DNA from: Vicugna vicugna
Taxonomy: Eukaryota
Length of the DNA: 64,000 nt
Direction: 5' to 3'
Assembly: GCA_013265495.1 (NCBI GenBank)
Contig: MU057959.1
Coordinates: forward strand, 261,202 to 325,201
Made by a program: the position numbers and the translations under genes. Below are positions 38,891-51,402 of the stretch, piece after piece. The notes below the pieces were generated by a model, which saw only the letters and a program-made list of their open reading frames with translations, searched no databases and had not been told where the DNA came from. How positions within the stretch are numbered: position 1 is the first letter of the stretch; each line of letters starts with the position of its first letter.

Positions 38891-40068
38891 TCAGCAGGAT
38901 AGCAAACGAACAGGTGCCCCTCCTTCCAGCCGCCCTTCTCACTCACCACCTGCATCTCAGAGGCGCTGCACCGGGGCAGGGGTTGCCCACGTGGTCTGCA
39001 AGCTCTGCACCTGCGGAGGCTGCTCTGAGCAGACTGCACAGCAGGCAGTGCTTAGGTATGGGTACCAACCAAGATGAGAGGCGCCAAGCGGAGAGGATGG
39101 GGGCAGATAATGCATCCCAAGTCGTCATGGCAACTGCTAACCTCTTGTCTGTCTTCTTAGCTGACACGGACATTAATGATCGCAAAGGCTACTGTTCTCT
39201 TTATTTATGACAAAGTCTTTGTGTCTGTGTGCTTTTTTTGCAAGACCCATTTGGCAGCTTCCCAGTTCATTTCTTGGACACTATTCTCAGAAATTGCCAA
39301 AACGATTCATTTTGTGGAATGTCTGGTGTGACGTGCGGGGAGGAAGAGAAGTCATCCTAAAAGCAAAACCTCCCGAATTTCCCATCACCCTTGCGGGAAC
39401 ATTGGATTTTCTCTTTTATGAACAGTTAATTATAAAGCAGAAAGGCGTGTAAATGCAGAAAAAAAATTTATAACAGATAAAATTGTGGGTGCAAACTGTG
39501 TGCACAACATGACACCAACGTCAAACATTTCAGTTAATCCTCGCTTTTACAGTTAGAAAAAGAAAGGTATCATGAAGACTTTGTAGGTCAGCAGTGTTTG
39601 TGCAAAATACAGTTCCTGTAGGAAAAATAATTTAATTCACAATGTGGGGGCGGGGGCATTTCATGTGAAAATTACCATAAAATTTATTGCTATAAAAATG
39701 AAGTTGAATAGATAGCCTTAAAAAGCATAGGGAGTAGTTTGATTAAAGAAAATATTTGTCATGTAGTGATTATTGATGGAATGAAAAGGGTGGAAAATAC
39801 CCCTAAAATCAAAATATTGGAGCATTTCTCCTAATTCATCAGGACATTGCAGAGAACTGGCACCAAGTTCAGAGTTACCCCAGAGGGAAGTTCTAGGCAT
39901 GTGTGCATATGTGTCCACATGTATGATGTTATGTCTGCCAACCCTCTCCTGAACTCATATGCTCTGCCTGGTCTTGCGTCTCTCCCTGGAAGCTCCACAT
40001 TGATGCTTTTACCATCACATTGTATAATCAACCCAGAAATGCAATGTCCATCTACAAACCCTCTCTCA

Positions 40069-40669
40069 GTTCATAGCAGCAGTATTGACAACAGCCAAGA
40101 GATGGAAATGACCTAAATGTCCATCAGCAGATGACTGGATAAAGAAGCTGTGGTATATTGATACAATGGAATACTATTCAGCCATGAAAAAGAATGAAAT
40201 AATGCCATTTGCAGCAACATGGATGGACTGGGAGATGATCGTTCTAAGTGAAGTAAGTCAGACAGAGAAGGAAAAAGTCAGACAGAGAAAGAAAAATGAC
40301 ATCACCATATATCAGTCACATGTGGAATCTAAAAAGAGAAAAAAGAAGATACAAATGAACTCATCTACAAAACAGAAACAGACTCACAGACATAGTAAAT
40401 AATCTTACGGTTACCAGGGGTAAGTGGGTGGGAAGGGATAAATTTGAGAGTTTGAAATTTGCAAATATTAACTACTATATATAAAAATAGATAAAAATAC
40501 AAAGTTCTTCTGTAGAGCACAGGAAACTATATTGAATGTCTTGTAATAACCTTTTATTAAAACGAATATATGTAGGTATATACATGACTGGGACATTGTG
40601 CTGTGCACCAGTGATGGACACATGGTAACTGACTGCACTTCAATTAAAAAAATTTTTCTGCTTTAAAAA
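40069..40669 (+). mobile_element. lineage-specific L1 3' end (5'-truncated)
   Basis: MEYYSAMKKNEIMPFAATWMDWEMIVLSEVSQTEK (ORF2 end) plus 3' UTR. TSD AAACCCTCTCTCA (40056-40068) / AAATCCTCTTTCA (40670-40682). Internal 20-bp tandem duplication at 40255-40294. Confidence 0.93.
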
Positions 40670-41107
40670 AAATCCTCTTTCACAGCAAAGTGGATCATTT
40701 CATCCTGGTTTTTTAAATGGTGAAGAATTGGAAACAGTCTAAATATGCCCCCAAATGTATATATGGGTATAAACTGCAGGTGATTCACATAATGGAATCA
40801 TATACACCATTAACAGAGCAACCTAAGTCTGGATTTTCCAATCAGAATAAATCTCCGAGACACAGAGCTGGGTCAAAAGAGTAACAAAAGTATGTGGAAA
40901 TATATGGAGAGGATGAGGTACTTTATATCCAGTTTGAAATCAAATAAACTTCCTTTAAGTTACCCACTAAATGTAAAATTGTTAAAAACATAGATGGAAA
41001 GAATATATAGCAACATCAGGGAATTGGGAAATTCAGGTGGGGGCAGAGACTGTGGATATTTTGGCAGGATTTATTTTTAAAATTTGATACCAAACATAAA
41101 ATTAGTT

Positions 41108-41650
41108 CCTTTTTATTGAAGTCTAGTCAGTTGACAATGTTGTGTCAGTTTCTGGTATCCAGCATCGTGTTTCAGTCACACATATACATATATTCCTTTT
41201 CATATTCTTTTTCATTAAAGGTCATTACAAGATATTGAACATACTTCCCTGTGCTGTACAGTAGGACCTTGTTGTTTATCTATTTTATATACAGTAGTGT
41301 GTATCTGCTAATCCTGAACTCCCAGTTTATCCCATCCCACTCCTCTTTACCGTCTGGTAACCATAAGATTGTTTACTATGTCTGTTTCTGTTTTGTATAT
41401 AAATTCATTTGTGTCTTTTTTTTTAAGATACCAAGTATCGGTGATATCATCTGGTGTTTGTCTTTCTCTGTCTGACTTACTTCACTTAGTATGATCATCT
41501 CCAGGTCCACCCATGTTGCTGCAAATGGCATTGTTTCATTCTTTTTTATGACTGAGTAGTATTCCATGGTGTATGTATGTGTATACATGTATGTATATCT
41601 CATATCTTTTTTACCATTCAGTGTTGACACTTGGGTTGCTTCCATATCCC
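41108..41650 (-). mobile_element. L1 3' end
   Basis: TTTATTGAAGTCTAGTCAGTTGACAATGTTG. Minus-strand MEYYSVIKKNETMPFAATWVDLEMIILSEVSQTEK. Confidence 0.93.
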
Positions 41651-42414
41651 GCAAAAGCCGTATTTTTAAAACATAACTATTGGTTACGATTGGTGTCTTG
41701 AAGGAAAACCCAGGACCCACAGATGGAGTTGTGTAGGGTCTTTAGCTGCTGCAGAGCACTGAGCCGAGGGTCAAAGGCACAATGAAATCAGGTTCTGACC
41801 TCCAAGCCCCACAGGGGGATGTGGAGCATGTCCGTCCAGAGCAGTGTGACCTGTTTGCTAATGAGTGCTGTGTGCTGTGTGGGCCAGTGGGCGTCTCTGT
41901 GCATAGGACGCCATGAGGGTACACAGACTGAGGTCATGTGACCTACACTGAGGACTAAACGATGCAAACTTGCAGCATCCTCCAGTCTGTTCCCTGACAC
42001 TCCCTCTGCATCCTCTAGTGACACATGTGCATCTTGCTATGGGGACCATGACGTATTTTTGTCATTCTCACTGTCAATCATTCCCTCTTCTACGTGTTGG
42101 CTGTTTGTATAGATTTGTTCCCCCAATGCATTGTCAGATTCTCTAATCCAATTGCAATAGGAATCCCAATGAATTAGGCGTGGATGGAGTGACACACACC
42201 CACACCACTGATAATTTTTAGTTTTCACTTTCCCATCAAAAGTTACCTTTTACCACATAATACACTGTCCATAATTTGTAGTAAAACATAGTGTTTTCCC
42301 TCTACCCATCATGACTACATTTCTCTATGCACTTTAATTGCAGGACTAGAACATTTTCATTTTTTGGTTTTTTTTTTTAGATTTGAGATTGGTTTTTAAA
42401 CTGAAGTTGTTGGG

Positions 42415-42782
42415 TTTTTTTTTTTTTTTTTTTGTTTTTTTTGTTTGTTTTTGTTTTTTTTTTTTTTTTTGGTATGTCTTCTTTTTTCGTACTGAAGTAT
42501 AACCAGTTTGTGATGTTGTGTCAATTTCTGGTGTGCAGCACCGTGATTCAGGTATACATCTCTATATATTCATTTTCAGATTCTTTTTCATTATAGGTTA
42601 TTATAAAATACTGAATAGAGTTCCCTGTGCTGCACAGTAACACCTTGCTGTTTATCTATTTTATATACAGTAGCTAATATTTGCTAATCCCAAACCCCTA
42701 ATGTATCCTTCCCGACTCCCTTTGCCCCTGGTAACCACAACTTTGTTTTCTGTGTCTGTGAGTCTGTTTCTGTTCTGTAGAC
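42415..42782 (-). mobile_element. L1 3' UTR fragment with adjacent long T-rich tract
   Basis: About 55-bp T/TTTG run at 42415-42470, then CTGAAGTATAACCAGTTTG..GTTCCCTGTGCTGCACAG..GGTAACCACAAC. Confidence 0.85.
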
Positions 42783-45049
42783 TTTTTTTTAATTGTAAAA
42801 ATGAACTTATTTACATAAGGGAAGTGCTGTTTTTTCAAAGATAATCAATTGTATCCAGCTAGTTTCCGTACTTCTATTATGACTTATAGTTTTGGGGGTC
42901 TTTTTTGTTTTTTTGTTTGTTTGTTTTTTTAATGGAGTGACTCAGAATTTTCCTCTGTATGGTTCTATCACTAGGGGGAAGAAAGATAACTGCATCTCCT
43001 CGTTTACAATGTTCGTACCACTAATTAGCTCCTGTTTTACTAGCTGAAATCTCTAAGGCCGTGTTAAGCAATCCTGGCCACGTCAGGCGTCGCCTCGTAC
43101 TTTGTTCTTAATTAAAGTCGGTCTGCTCTTCGTGTGTGAGGAGTGACTGCTCCTTATTGCTCACAGGTGTTTTTATTTACTTCCTCACTTCCCTTTCCTC
43201 CCACAAAGATGCTCTACTTAAAGTATAACAGCCCGGTCGTTAACGACCCTGTCACTAATCCCTTTGGACACCTGGCAGTTAGGTTTTAGGTAAAAATTTT
43301 TACAGGCGTCTGCCTCCAGAAAATGGTAGTGGGAACAGCGTAGACACGGGGTGACTTACGGACTGGTGAGCTGGGCTCTCATTCTGTTTCTCATCAGCAC
43401 AATTTTAAATAACACCCACGGCCGGTTTTTGTGGGTTTGTGGACTTCCTGCTGGTGAAACAGCCTGCTTTTTGAGGGGCCCGTTTCCTGTTTCCTCCTCC
43501 AGTTTCAGTGCGTCCTGGCAATGTTTGTGCCACTTAGTAACAGGGATGAAATCGGGTCAGTGTGTGTGCACGCAGTTTGGACCAGTAATTGGCTGCTAGA
43601 AACCAGGGTGGAATCAGCTTCCATTTACTCAGGCACCCTTCAAGACAGGGTTTTGTCTCCTGGGAACTTGAAGACTTAAAATGACCAGACAGGTTTCCGT
43701 CCCTCCGTCCGTACCCCTGAGCAGCCACAGTCAACCAGTTCTGTGGAATCTCTTTGCTGATTCAGTCTCTTGGTCACAGACGCTCTCGTGTTCAGATTCA
43801 GTGTGAAGACACGGACCACGTTTCTAAAAGAAGAGCAAGTCCATCCTTTTGCATCCTCGAAAAGCACGTTCTAGTGCCTTTAAACGCAACTCTTTCGGTA
43901 TAGATGTTGCATCACACTTAAATGGTGATATTCATAGTAATATCGATAATGTATATTTGGGCAATTTCTCCCACTTTTTTTTTTTTGAAGGCAGATCTTA
44001 TCAAATGCTTGCGACACCAGGTTTCTACGCACCGCCACTGTGAAGGTCAGGCGGACAATTCCCAAACCGTCCTCAGACCTATTATTTTTTCAGCTGCATG
44101 GGACCAGCACTGAGCTACAGGGGTCACTCATATGCCCATCACTAGCTTACCTGGGCGTGTGGGGACATTGGGGTTCTTTGCATTACTGGAACTGGACAGA
44201 GTTTACACTCGTACACGGGGGACCGAAATGGGCACGTCGTCTGCACAACACATGCTTCGTTTCTGAACCACGGGTCAGTGCTTCCTGCCGAGGTTTTGGG
44301 TCTTTCCAAACCAACAAAGCCATCAGCCCAGAAGTGTGACTTATTTACTTCATGCATCAAAAGTGGTACCCGAGTCATCATGTCTGGAGTCACAGGTGTC
44401 TCTCCCGCAGAGTTATTAAAACTCCCTGTACCTAAGTCTTAAAGATGAGGGCGCGATTTCTCTACCCCCACGTATCTCAGTCCTCACCCTCTGCATCAGG
44501 CAGCAGTCATGATTTTTCCGCAAGCATTGTTATTTGTTTACTTAGTTCTTGTTTTTATGAACGAGAGGAGGAATCGGTGATGTGATAATATACTTTGTTG
44601 TGTTTTATGGTGACAAGCTGACAGGGTCTCCAGCTGTCTCTGGTGACTGCGTCTTGTCCTTCCTGGCAGCGCCAGGAGGTGGCAAATTAATGCCTGGCTT
44701 TTAGGAAGCAGGGGGAGGGCAGGAAGTGTTCCTCGTGTCTGCTTCTTGTCGGTTGCCTTTCAAATCATCCTTCCGCCAAAGCAGCGTGGTTTGCAATGGC
44801 ATGTCTGCCGCCTTCTGTGGCCAAGAGAAAGGCTTCTCTCGTTTCTGTCCCCTTTGGACACTGACAGTCATAGTGTGAAGGATGAAGTTTCTGTTTTGGC
44901 TTACGAGATGCTACATCCTATCGCCTTCAAATACGTGTGCTTTCTAGGAAACAACCCAAAGGTAACTGCAGGTGAAAGTGTACCTACCCACCCAGATGTG
45001 TGTTTAAAAGGCGAAAAAATTTAGTCCACCTGGTACCCTAGAAAACCTG

Positions 45050-45664
45050 AATTGAAGAAAAGAGAGTGCTGCCTTCTGCTCACCACACAACAGGCCCGTA
45101 CATTGGGAGACGACGTGCTGGGGCCAGGAATAGCGATTCTATTCAGAAAGCCGGCACACCCAGAAGATGGCAGACTGATGTCCTGCAGAACCGTCTTCCC
45201 CAAGTCCGAATTCAGGCTCCCTTATACTAAAAGGTGATGGGGGTGGGGTGGGGTTGGTTGTTGCAAACTTCTTAGCGTCAGAATCCTTTGTTCTTGCAGC
45301 TGTCCACCGTGGATCAGGTCACAACGTTCCTGTTAACCTGCAATAAGACAGCTGCTGTTCTCTGCTCTGCAACTCTTTATCTCTGTGAATAAAGAAGTGT
45401 TACACCCTTAAAGGTCAGAGACTCGAGAACTGGCTGTTTTGTGTATTTTTTTTTTATAAAAACTTCCTCTTTAATCAAGGCTTCTAACATGGAACAGATT
45501 TCTTGAATAAAATGGAAAGTTTCCAATACATGGAAACAGCCTGGAGTCAACATTCTTTTACAAAAGGTGCGGAGTCAGCGTGACTCAGCCCAGGGAACGG
45601 GCCACGGGGTTAGAGCCGAAGGAACAGACCTCATATGGACTGAGATTTGTTCTTCCCTCTGACA
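45050..45664 (-). mobile_element. ERV1-type solo LTR, family unassigned
   Basis: GGAGACGACGTGCTGGGGCCAGGAATAGCG..GAAAGCCGGCA..GAAGATGGCAGACT, CTTATACTAAAAGG, CAACATTCTTTTACAAAAGGTGC, ending GATTTGTTCTTCCCTCTGACA. Left boundary approximate. Confidence 0.7.
45446..45536 (-). pseudogene. short retrocopy of a probable mRNA 3' end (parent unidentified)
   Basis: Minus strand ..TTTCCATTTTATTCAAGAAATCTGTTCCATGTTAGAAGCCTTG-ATTAAA-GAGGAAGTTTTTAT-A10. Poly(A) signal 14 nt before the tail. Appears to interrupt the LTR. Confidence 0.6.
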
Positions 45665-46214
45665 GGAACGGGCACGTTTGTGTAAATGACTGCACAAATG
45701 GCAACTTGAAAAGAGTAAAGTTGGATCATCAGTAACATTTACGATGTAAAGATTCCAAAATAATGCAACAGCCGTGACTGAGTAAAGAATGTATCTTTTT
45801 TTTTAACTTTATAACATTAACGTTTAGATAGGTTCTCATGTGTGTGTATGTAGAGAAAGGTCAGTGTTTGTATTCATTAATCAAAGTGAAAAATCATGAA
45901 AGAACACCAAACTTTGCGGCAGCCACATCTTAACATTTTTAAAGACCAGAAGGGAGGGGAGTCACTGAAATAAATGAATTGATTTCAGCCTCATCTGAGA
46001 GCTTGTCATCCTTTTGTGACCAGCAGGTCCCCCTCCCACCCCTGACGCGTAGAGCGTAGGGGAGGTGAGCTGGGCTGTGCTGGTTTCTGTCACAGCAGGT
46101 GGGATGGGGTCGGACCTTTCTCTACAGAGACATCATATTTCAGAATCGTCACTAGTCATAATTATTCAGCTTCAGTAACTGTGTCTATTTGAACCTAGAA
46201 AAGAAAACTAAAAA

Positions 46215-46715
46215 AATTTTTTTTTTAATTTTAGGGAAGTGTAGTGGATTTACAATGTTAGTTTCAGGTGTGCAGCAAAGTGATTCAGTTCTACGTATAT
46301 ATGCATACGTGTTTTTTGTTTTCAGATTGTTTTCCATTATATGTTATTACAAGATATTGAATATAGTTCCCTGTTCGATGCAGTTGTTCCCTGTTGTTCA
46401 TCTGTTTTATATATAGCAGTGTGTCTGTTAATCCCCAACCCCTAATTCATTGCTCCCCTCCTTGCCCCTTTGGTAACCATAGTTGGTTTTTTATGTCCAT
46501 GAGTCTGTTTTGGGTTTGTAAAGAGAGTTTGTATCATTTTATTTTAAGTTCCACATTCAAGTGATACATGGCATTTGTCTTTCTCTGTCTGACTTACTTC
46601 ACTTAGTCTGATCATCTCCAGGTCCATCCATGTTGCTGCAAGTGGCATTATTTTGTTCTTTTTATGGGTGAGTAATATTCCATTGTATATGAAAGACCAC
46701 TTCTTCTTTATGCAT
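46215..46715 (-). mobile_element. L1 3' end
   Basis: Poly-T, GAAGTGTAGTGGATTTACAATGTTAGTTTCAGG..CTGACTTACTTCACTTAG..TCCAGGTCCATCCATGTTGCTGCAA. Confidence 0.92.
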
Positions 46716-48142
46716 TTTTAAATCACTTAAAAATGAACCCAAACTGTGTGAACATAAATACATTGACCAGTTTTCTGAAAAATCTAAACCTTGTATGTGC
46801 AAAGTTGAGTTGGTTTTTTTCCCAAGGGCACCTCCAGCTGGCTCACGGAGGCTAAGTCGCTCCATGCCGTGAAGGCCTGCCAGGTCAGTCCCGTTGCTCT
46901 GTGGACAATTTAAAGTCTCCCTTGCCTCTGCTAATAACCCTTTCCTAGCACTGTATAGCTTGCCCATTATTTTCTTTATTCCTAAGTCTGTACTATGATA
47001 ACCTACTTCTCTGGTTTCTTTTTCAAGGAACCAGCTTTTGTAATTATACATTATTGCTATGATTTATTAGTTTCTATCTCATGATTTCCAATTTTTTACC
47101 TTAATCAGTACTGTTTGCCCACAATTTATTACACGGTCCATTTTATAATTTCTTTAAGTAAACGCATTCTTCCCAATTTTCAATATTTTAAAAGAAAATT
47201 TACAGCCCCATAATCTGTATCTAGGGCATAACTGGCTGTGCATTTTAGCATTTAGTATAATAGATATCTTTGTTTTCCAACGTTCAGCTGAATTTAACGT
47301 CAAAAGTTTCATCAAAAGGTTATTTAGGGAAATGTTTCTTAATTCGTGAGCTGTTAAGATTTTGGCAATCCTTTGTTACTATCTTCCCAGCTGATAATGT
47401 TAGATTATTAAATATCAGCAAACATCACATTTGCATTTGATGAATATATTTGGGATCACGTACTTAGACTTTTTTTCCCACAGATACCCCAGGGATATAA
47501 AATAAGGATTTATGGAACTCCATCCTCTTTCTTTATACATATGCATGTTGGCTTTATTACCCATAGCCCTGCTCCGATTCCGCTCAGATTTATTAAGATT
47601 TAAAATTGGCACTAAAATTTTAATTCCATGAGTTCAGCTTATGAAAATATTTAATTTTGCTGAAACGTGTACCTGATGATTCTTTTCATATATGCACGTT
47701 TATGAATTCTGTATTTATCACTACATGTACTATATTCTCTGCATCTTTATTATTATACTTCTGGCTTTTATGACTTTAAGTATGTTTCTTGGAAACACTG
47801 CGAATCCGTTTAGATTATTAATTATTTTACACTTGTGATACTTTGGGGTTTTTCTGAGCTTTTGTAATTCCTGACCTGGGCTAATTGGTGTTCATGTGTT
47901 CCCCCCCACCCCACCCCCCCCGCAGTTGGATAGTTTGTCATTTGCATCATGATTTTCTGTTATCCTAGATGGCACTGCCTCTTTCTTCACACTCATAACA
48001 ACAAGAAGAACAACAAAACGTAATTATTCTTGTCAATGAGACATTCTTTCCATACATTCTTCCCTTTCATTCTCCCCTGGTAGGTAATCTAACTTCCTTT
48101 CCAAACTTTCTTTAAATTCTGGGTTTCAGACAGTTCATTCTT

Positions 48143-48207
48143 GTATTTTATTTTATTTTTTTAGCATTTTTTTATTGATTTATAATCGTTTTACAGTGTT
48201 GTGTCAA
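48143..48207 (-). mobile_element. extremely 5'-truncated L1 tail
   Basis: T-rich tail plus TTGATTTATAATCGTTTTACAGTGTTGTGTCAA, flanked by perfect 16-bp TSD CAGACAGTTCATTCTT (48127-48142 / 48208-48223). Confidence 0.9.
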
Positions 48208-48289
48208 CAGACAGTTCATTCTTTTAATCCCCTATTTTATCTGTTTACTGTGTGGAGTTGGTCATACCAGGACTAAACAGTAACCATTA

Positions 48290-48320
48290 CACTAGAAAAT
48301 AACATGACATTGTAAATCAG

Positions 48321-48362
<42 letters not shown>

Positions 48363-48366
48363 AACG
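48290..48366 (+). mobile_element. tiny L1 3' tail with (AC)19 in place of poly(A)
   Basis: CACTAGAAAATAACATGACATTGTAAATCAGCTAC resembles the L1 terminus. (AC)19 at 48323-48360. TSD AGTAACCATTA (48279-48289 / 48367-48377). Confidence 0.8.
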
Positions 48367-48494
48367 AGTAACCATTAATTCATTTCACTGTTGGCTTCTG
48401 TTCAAAGCCTGTGAAAAAAAAGCAAATTTAATCTTCATGCTTATGTACAAAATAAACCTTGCTTGTTCTTTAAAGAAAGATTTTCTTTTCTTAA

Positions 48495-48670
48495 CCCCTT
48501 TATTGTGATATGATTCCTGTACAGTAAACTACACATATTTCATATGTACAATTTGATGAATTTTGATAGATGGAGACACCCATGAAGCCACCACCACAGT
48601 CAAGATAGCAAACATCTCCGTCACTCCCCATGAGGGGCAAATTTCGAATTCTCACTGCATCCCTTCCCAC
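48495..48670 (-). mobile_element. old L1 (L1MB-like) 3' end
   Basis: CTTTATTGTGATATGATT..TGTACAATTTGATGAATTTTGA..CACCCATGAAGCCACCACCACAGTCAAGATA..AACAT. Confidence 0.8.
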
Positions 48671-49444
48671 TCGCTTTAAATAGGGAGTTTTCTTTTGTGA
48701 CAGTTGCATAAATCTTTTAAGATTCACAATTTGTTCTCCCAAACTATGAATTTTTTTTTAATCAAAGCTGTAATGCATTTACCAGAATTGTATTTCATCT
48801 TAGCACTTTAACCTGTGTTTCCAAAAGTGGGTATTTTCTTGGTCTGTGTTTTTAATTTATAGACATATCAAACTACTTACAGAGGTCCTAGCCTGTGGTT
48901 CTAAATGGCAGCTGTAAGAAGTGCGGGGTAGATCACAGCTTACATGTGGTCACCAAGGATTAGACTGAAATATTAACAAAGTGCGATTCAGATACTGATG
49001 ATGGTTTCGGGTTTCTTTTTAAACACCAGGGCTCGGTGTTCTATTTCTTCCTAATAGACTCTAAATAGCAGAGCTAACACACTGAGATCAACCACACGTC
49101 ATGAGATTATTTAATGAACAGCAGAGAATGTCAAAGCAAGTGCTGTAAATTCCCTGAAAATTGGACATGGCCTGGAGAACTTGGGCACCGTCCAGATAAT
49201 TGCAAAAAAAAAAACCCACCCCCTGCCGTGAGTTCACAGCATTTTTTTTTTTAACTAAAAGCTGAAGTGAGCATCATTTGTGGTTTCTAATGAGTAATCT
49301 CCCTTTTGAGGACCTGGGGATTTACAGATCTGCTCACCCCCGGCTAACTTACATGTTGCGTGAGCTTGGTTCTTGAGAGGAAGTGCACACAAGGTGGTTT
49401 CCACTCACTTCAGCAGCAGCATCCCTGGTTCGCAGCCTGCTGCT

Positions 49445-50137
49445 TTGTTTGTTTTTTTTTAATTGAAGTATAGTCAGTTTACAATGTTGTGTCATTTGTG
49501 GTGCACAACATAGCGATTCAGTCACACATATACATACATATACTCCTTTTCATATTTTTCACCATAAGTTACTACAGGATATTGAATATGGTTCCCTGTG
49601 CTGTACAGTAGAAACTTTTTTATCTGTTTTATATACAGCAGTGTATATCTGCTAATCCCAAAGTCCTAATTGATCCCTGCCCCCTTTCCCCTTTGGTAAC
49701 CATAACTTTGTTTCCTATGTCTGTGAGTCTGTTTCTGTTTTGTAAATAAGGTCATTTGTGTCAATTTTTTTAGATTCCATATATGACTGATACCATATGG
49801 TATTTTCCTTTCTCTTTCTGGCTTTCTTCACTTACTATGATCATCCCCAGGTCCACCCATGTTGCTGCAAATGGCATTATTTCATTCTTTTTTATGGGTG
49901 AGTAGTATTCCATTGTATAAATATACCACAACTTCTTTATCCAGTCATCTGTGGATGGACATTTAGGCTGTTTCCAGGTCTTGGCTATTGTAAATAGTGC
50001 TGCTATGAATATTGACATGCAGGTGTCTTTTTGAATTAAGGTTCCCCCTGGATATATGCCCAGGAGTGGGATTGCTGGATTATATACATAGTGGACTTCT
50101 TAATGATGGCCCGCTGTGAAGTGACACCTGACTGCAG
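49445..50137 (-). mobile_element. lineage-specific L1 3' end
   Basis: Minus-strand IFIAALFTIAKTWKQPKCPSTDDWIKKLWYIYTMEYYSPIKKNEIMPFAATW (ORF2 C-terminus) plus 3' UTR and poly-T. Confidence 0.94.
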
Positions 50138-51255
50138 TGCCCTGCTTGTTTTAAAGGCCCCTCCCCGTGAAATGACGTAAGACATTCCATCCCTAACTTC
50201 GCTCGTGTGCACTGGGGGTGGGTGTAGAACTGGGAAATGATGCGTTGACACCAACCATATGTCGCTTCTTCCTGAACAGAATGGCGGTTTCAGTTCTAAA
50301 TTCTCCAAATCACATTAAAAATACCTCAACAAAGGATACTAATTATTGCCGGAAAAATTATAAATTATTAAAATCTGGCCTAGACTTAAAGCAACATAAG
50401 TACTATTTAGGGCGTAGCTGGCAGCTGGAATCATATGGCCTCATACTCTACAAGAATCATTCTCATTATTTTGAAAAGACAAAATGGGAGTGAAATGTGC
50501 ATTGGCTGCGAACATAAATTCCCAAGCAGATTACCGTTCTGCCTTTTTCCCTATAAATCAGTTACGGCAGTCTCATCTCCTTAATTAACAGAGAGACTGT
50601 TGTCCAGTCATAAATGCAGTTTATTGTGTTGGTGGGATCCTCTCATACATTGATCAAATCATGGATTTTATCTAGAGTCATTCCTAGGAAGCTGGCCAGC
50701 ATCGTATCTAGACTGGATAAATCAGAAAAGATTCACCAGAACTGGTGTCAAGAGACTTATTTCTTTAGAATAAAGCGAACACATCGTACAGTGGAATTCA
50801 CACGTATTTTTCTTAGTCGTTGCTCACACGGTGCCATAGCATTTAACCGAAATACCTGGGGACATTGTCATTCTCACAAGACTCAGCTATATAAATCTCA
50901 AATTTCACACGTATGCTGGTAATTTTATACACTTGAGTAGACTTACATAATAGATGTGAGTGTATTGTCATTCAGAATTCCCACAGGACCTCAATCTTCT
51001 CTTCTTCTGTGTGTGTGTTTGTGTGTACACAGTCCTGTGTGTATTCAATCTTGACCGATGGATACTGCTGGCAACATTTGAACATAATTCACTCAAATAC
51101 ATTTTGCACATTTACTGTGCACTGCTGCTCTCTGCCATGGAACGTGTAGAAAGGAGAAGACAAGAACAATTATAGAAAAATTGTAATAAATAAATCAGCT
51201 AAACCCAAAGAGAACAATGATTGCCGGGATGACCGACAGTTAAAGAATGGTAGAC

Positions 51256-51402
51256 GGCAGGGTAGAGCTCAGGGGCACAGTGCGTGCCTCATGTGCATGA
51301 GGTCCAGGGTTCAATCCCCAGTGCCTCCATTAAAAAATTCACACATGAACCTAATTGCCTTCCCTCTCCCGCACCAAAAACAAACAAACAAAAAGCAATT
51401 TA
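51256..51402 (+). mobile_element. vic-1-type SINE
   Basis: GGGTAGAGCTCAG..GAGGTCCAGGGTTCAATCCCCAG..AACCTAATT. Perfect 14-bp TSD AAAGAATGGTAGAC (51242-51255 / 51403-51416). Confidence 0.93.

Noticed and set aside
49770..50018. L1 ORF2-like ORFs as functional CDS (also 21642, 26248, 40166, 41376)
   Set aside because: Short 5'-truncated or frameshifted retrotransposon remnants.
878..51402. All five SINEs lie on the plus strand, suggesting a host-gene orientation bias
   Set aside because: Five of five is not significant (two-sided probability 1/16), and the L1 fragments are split between strands.
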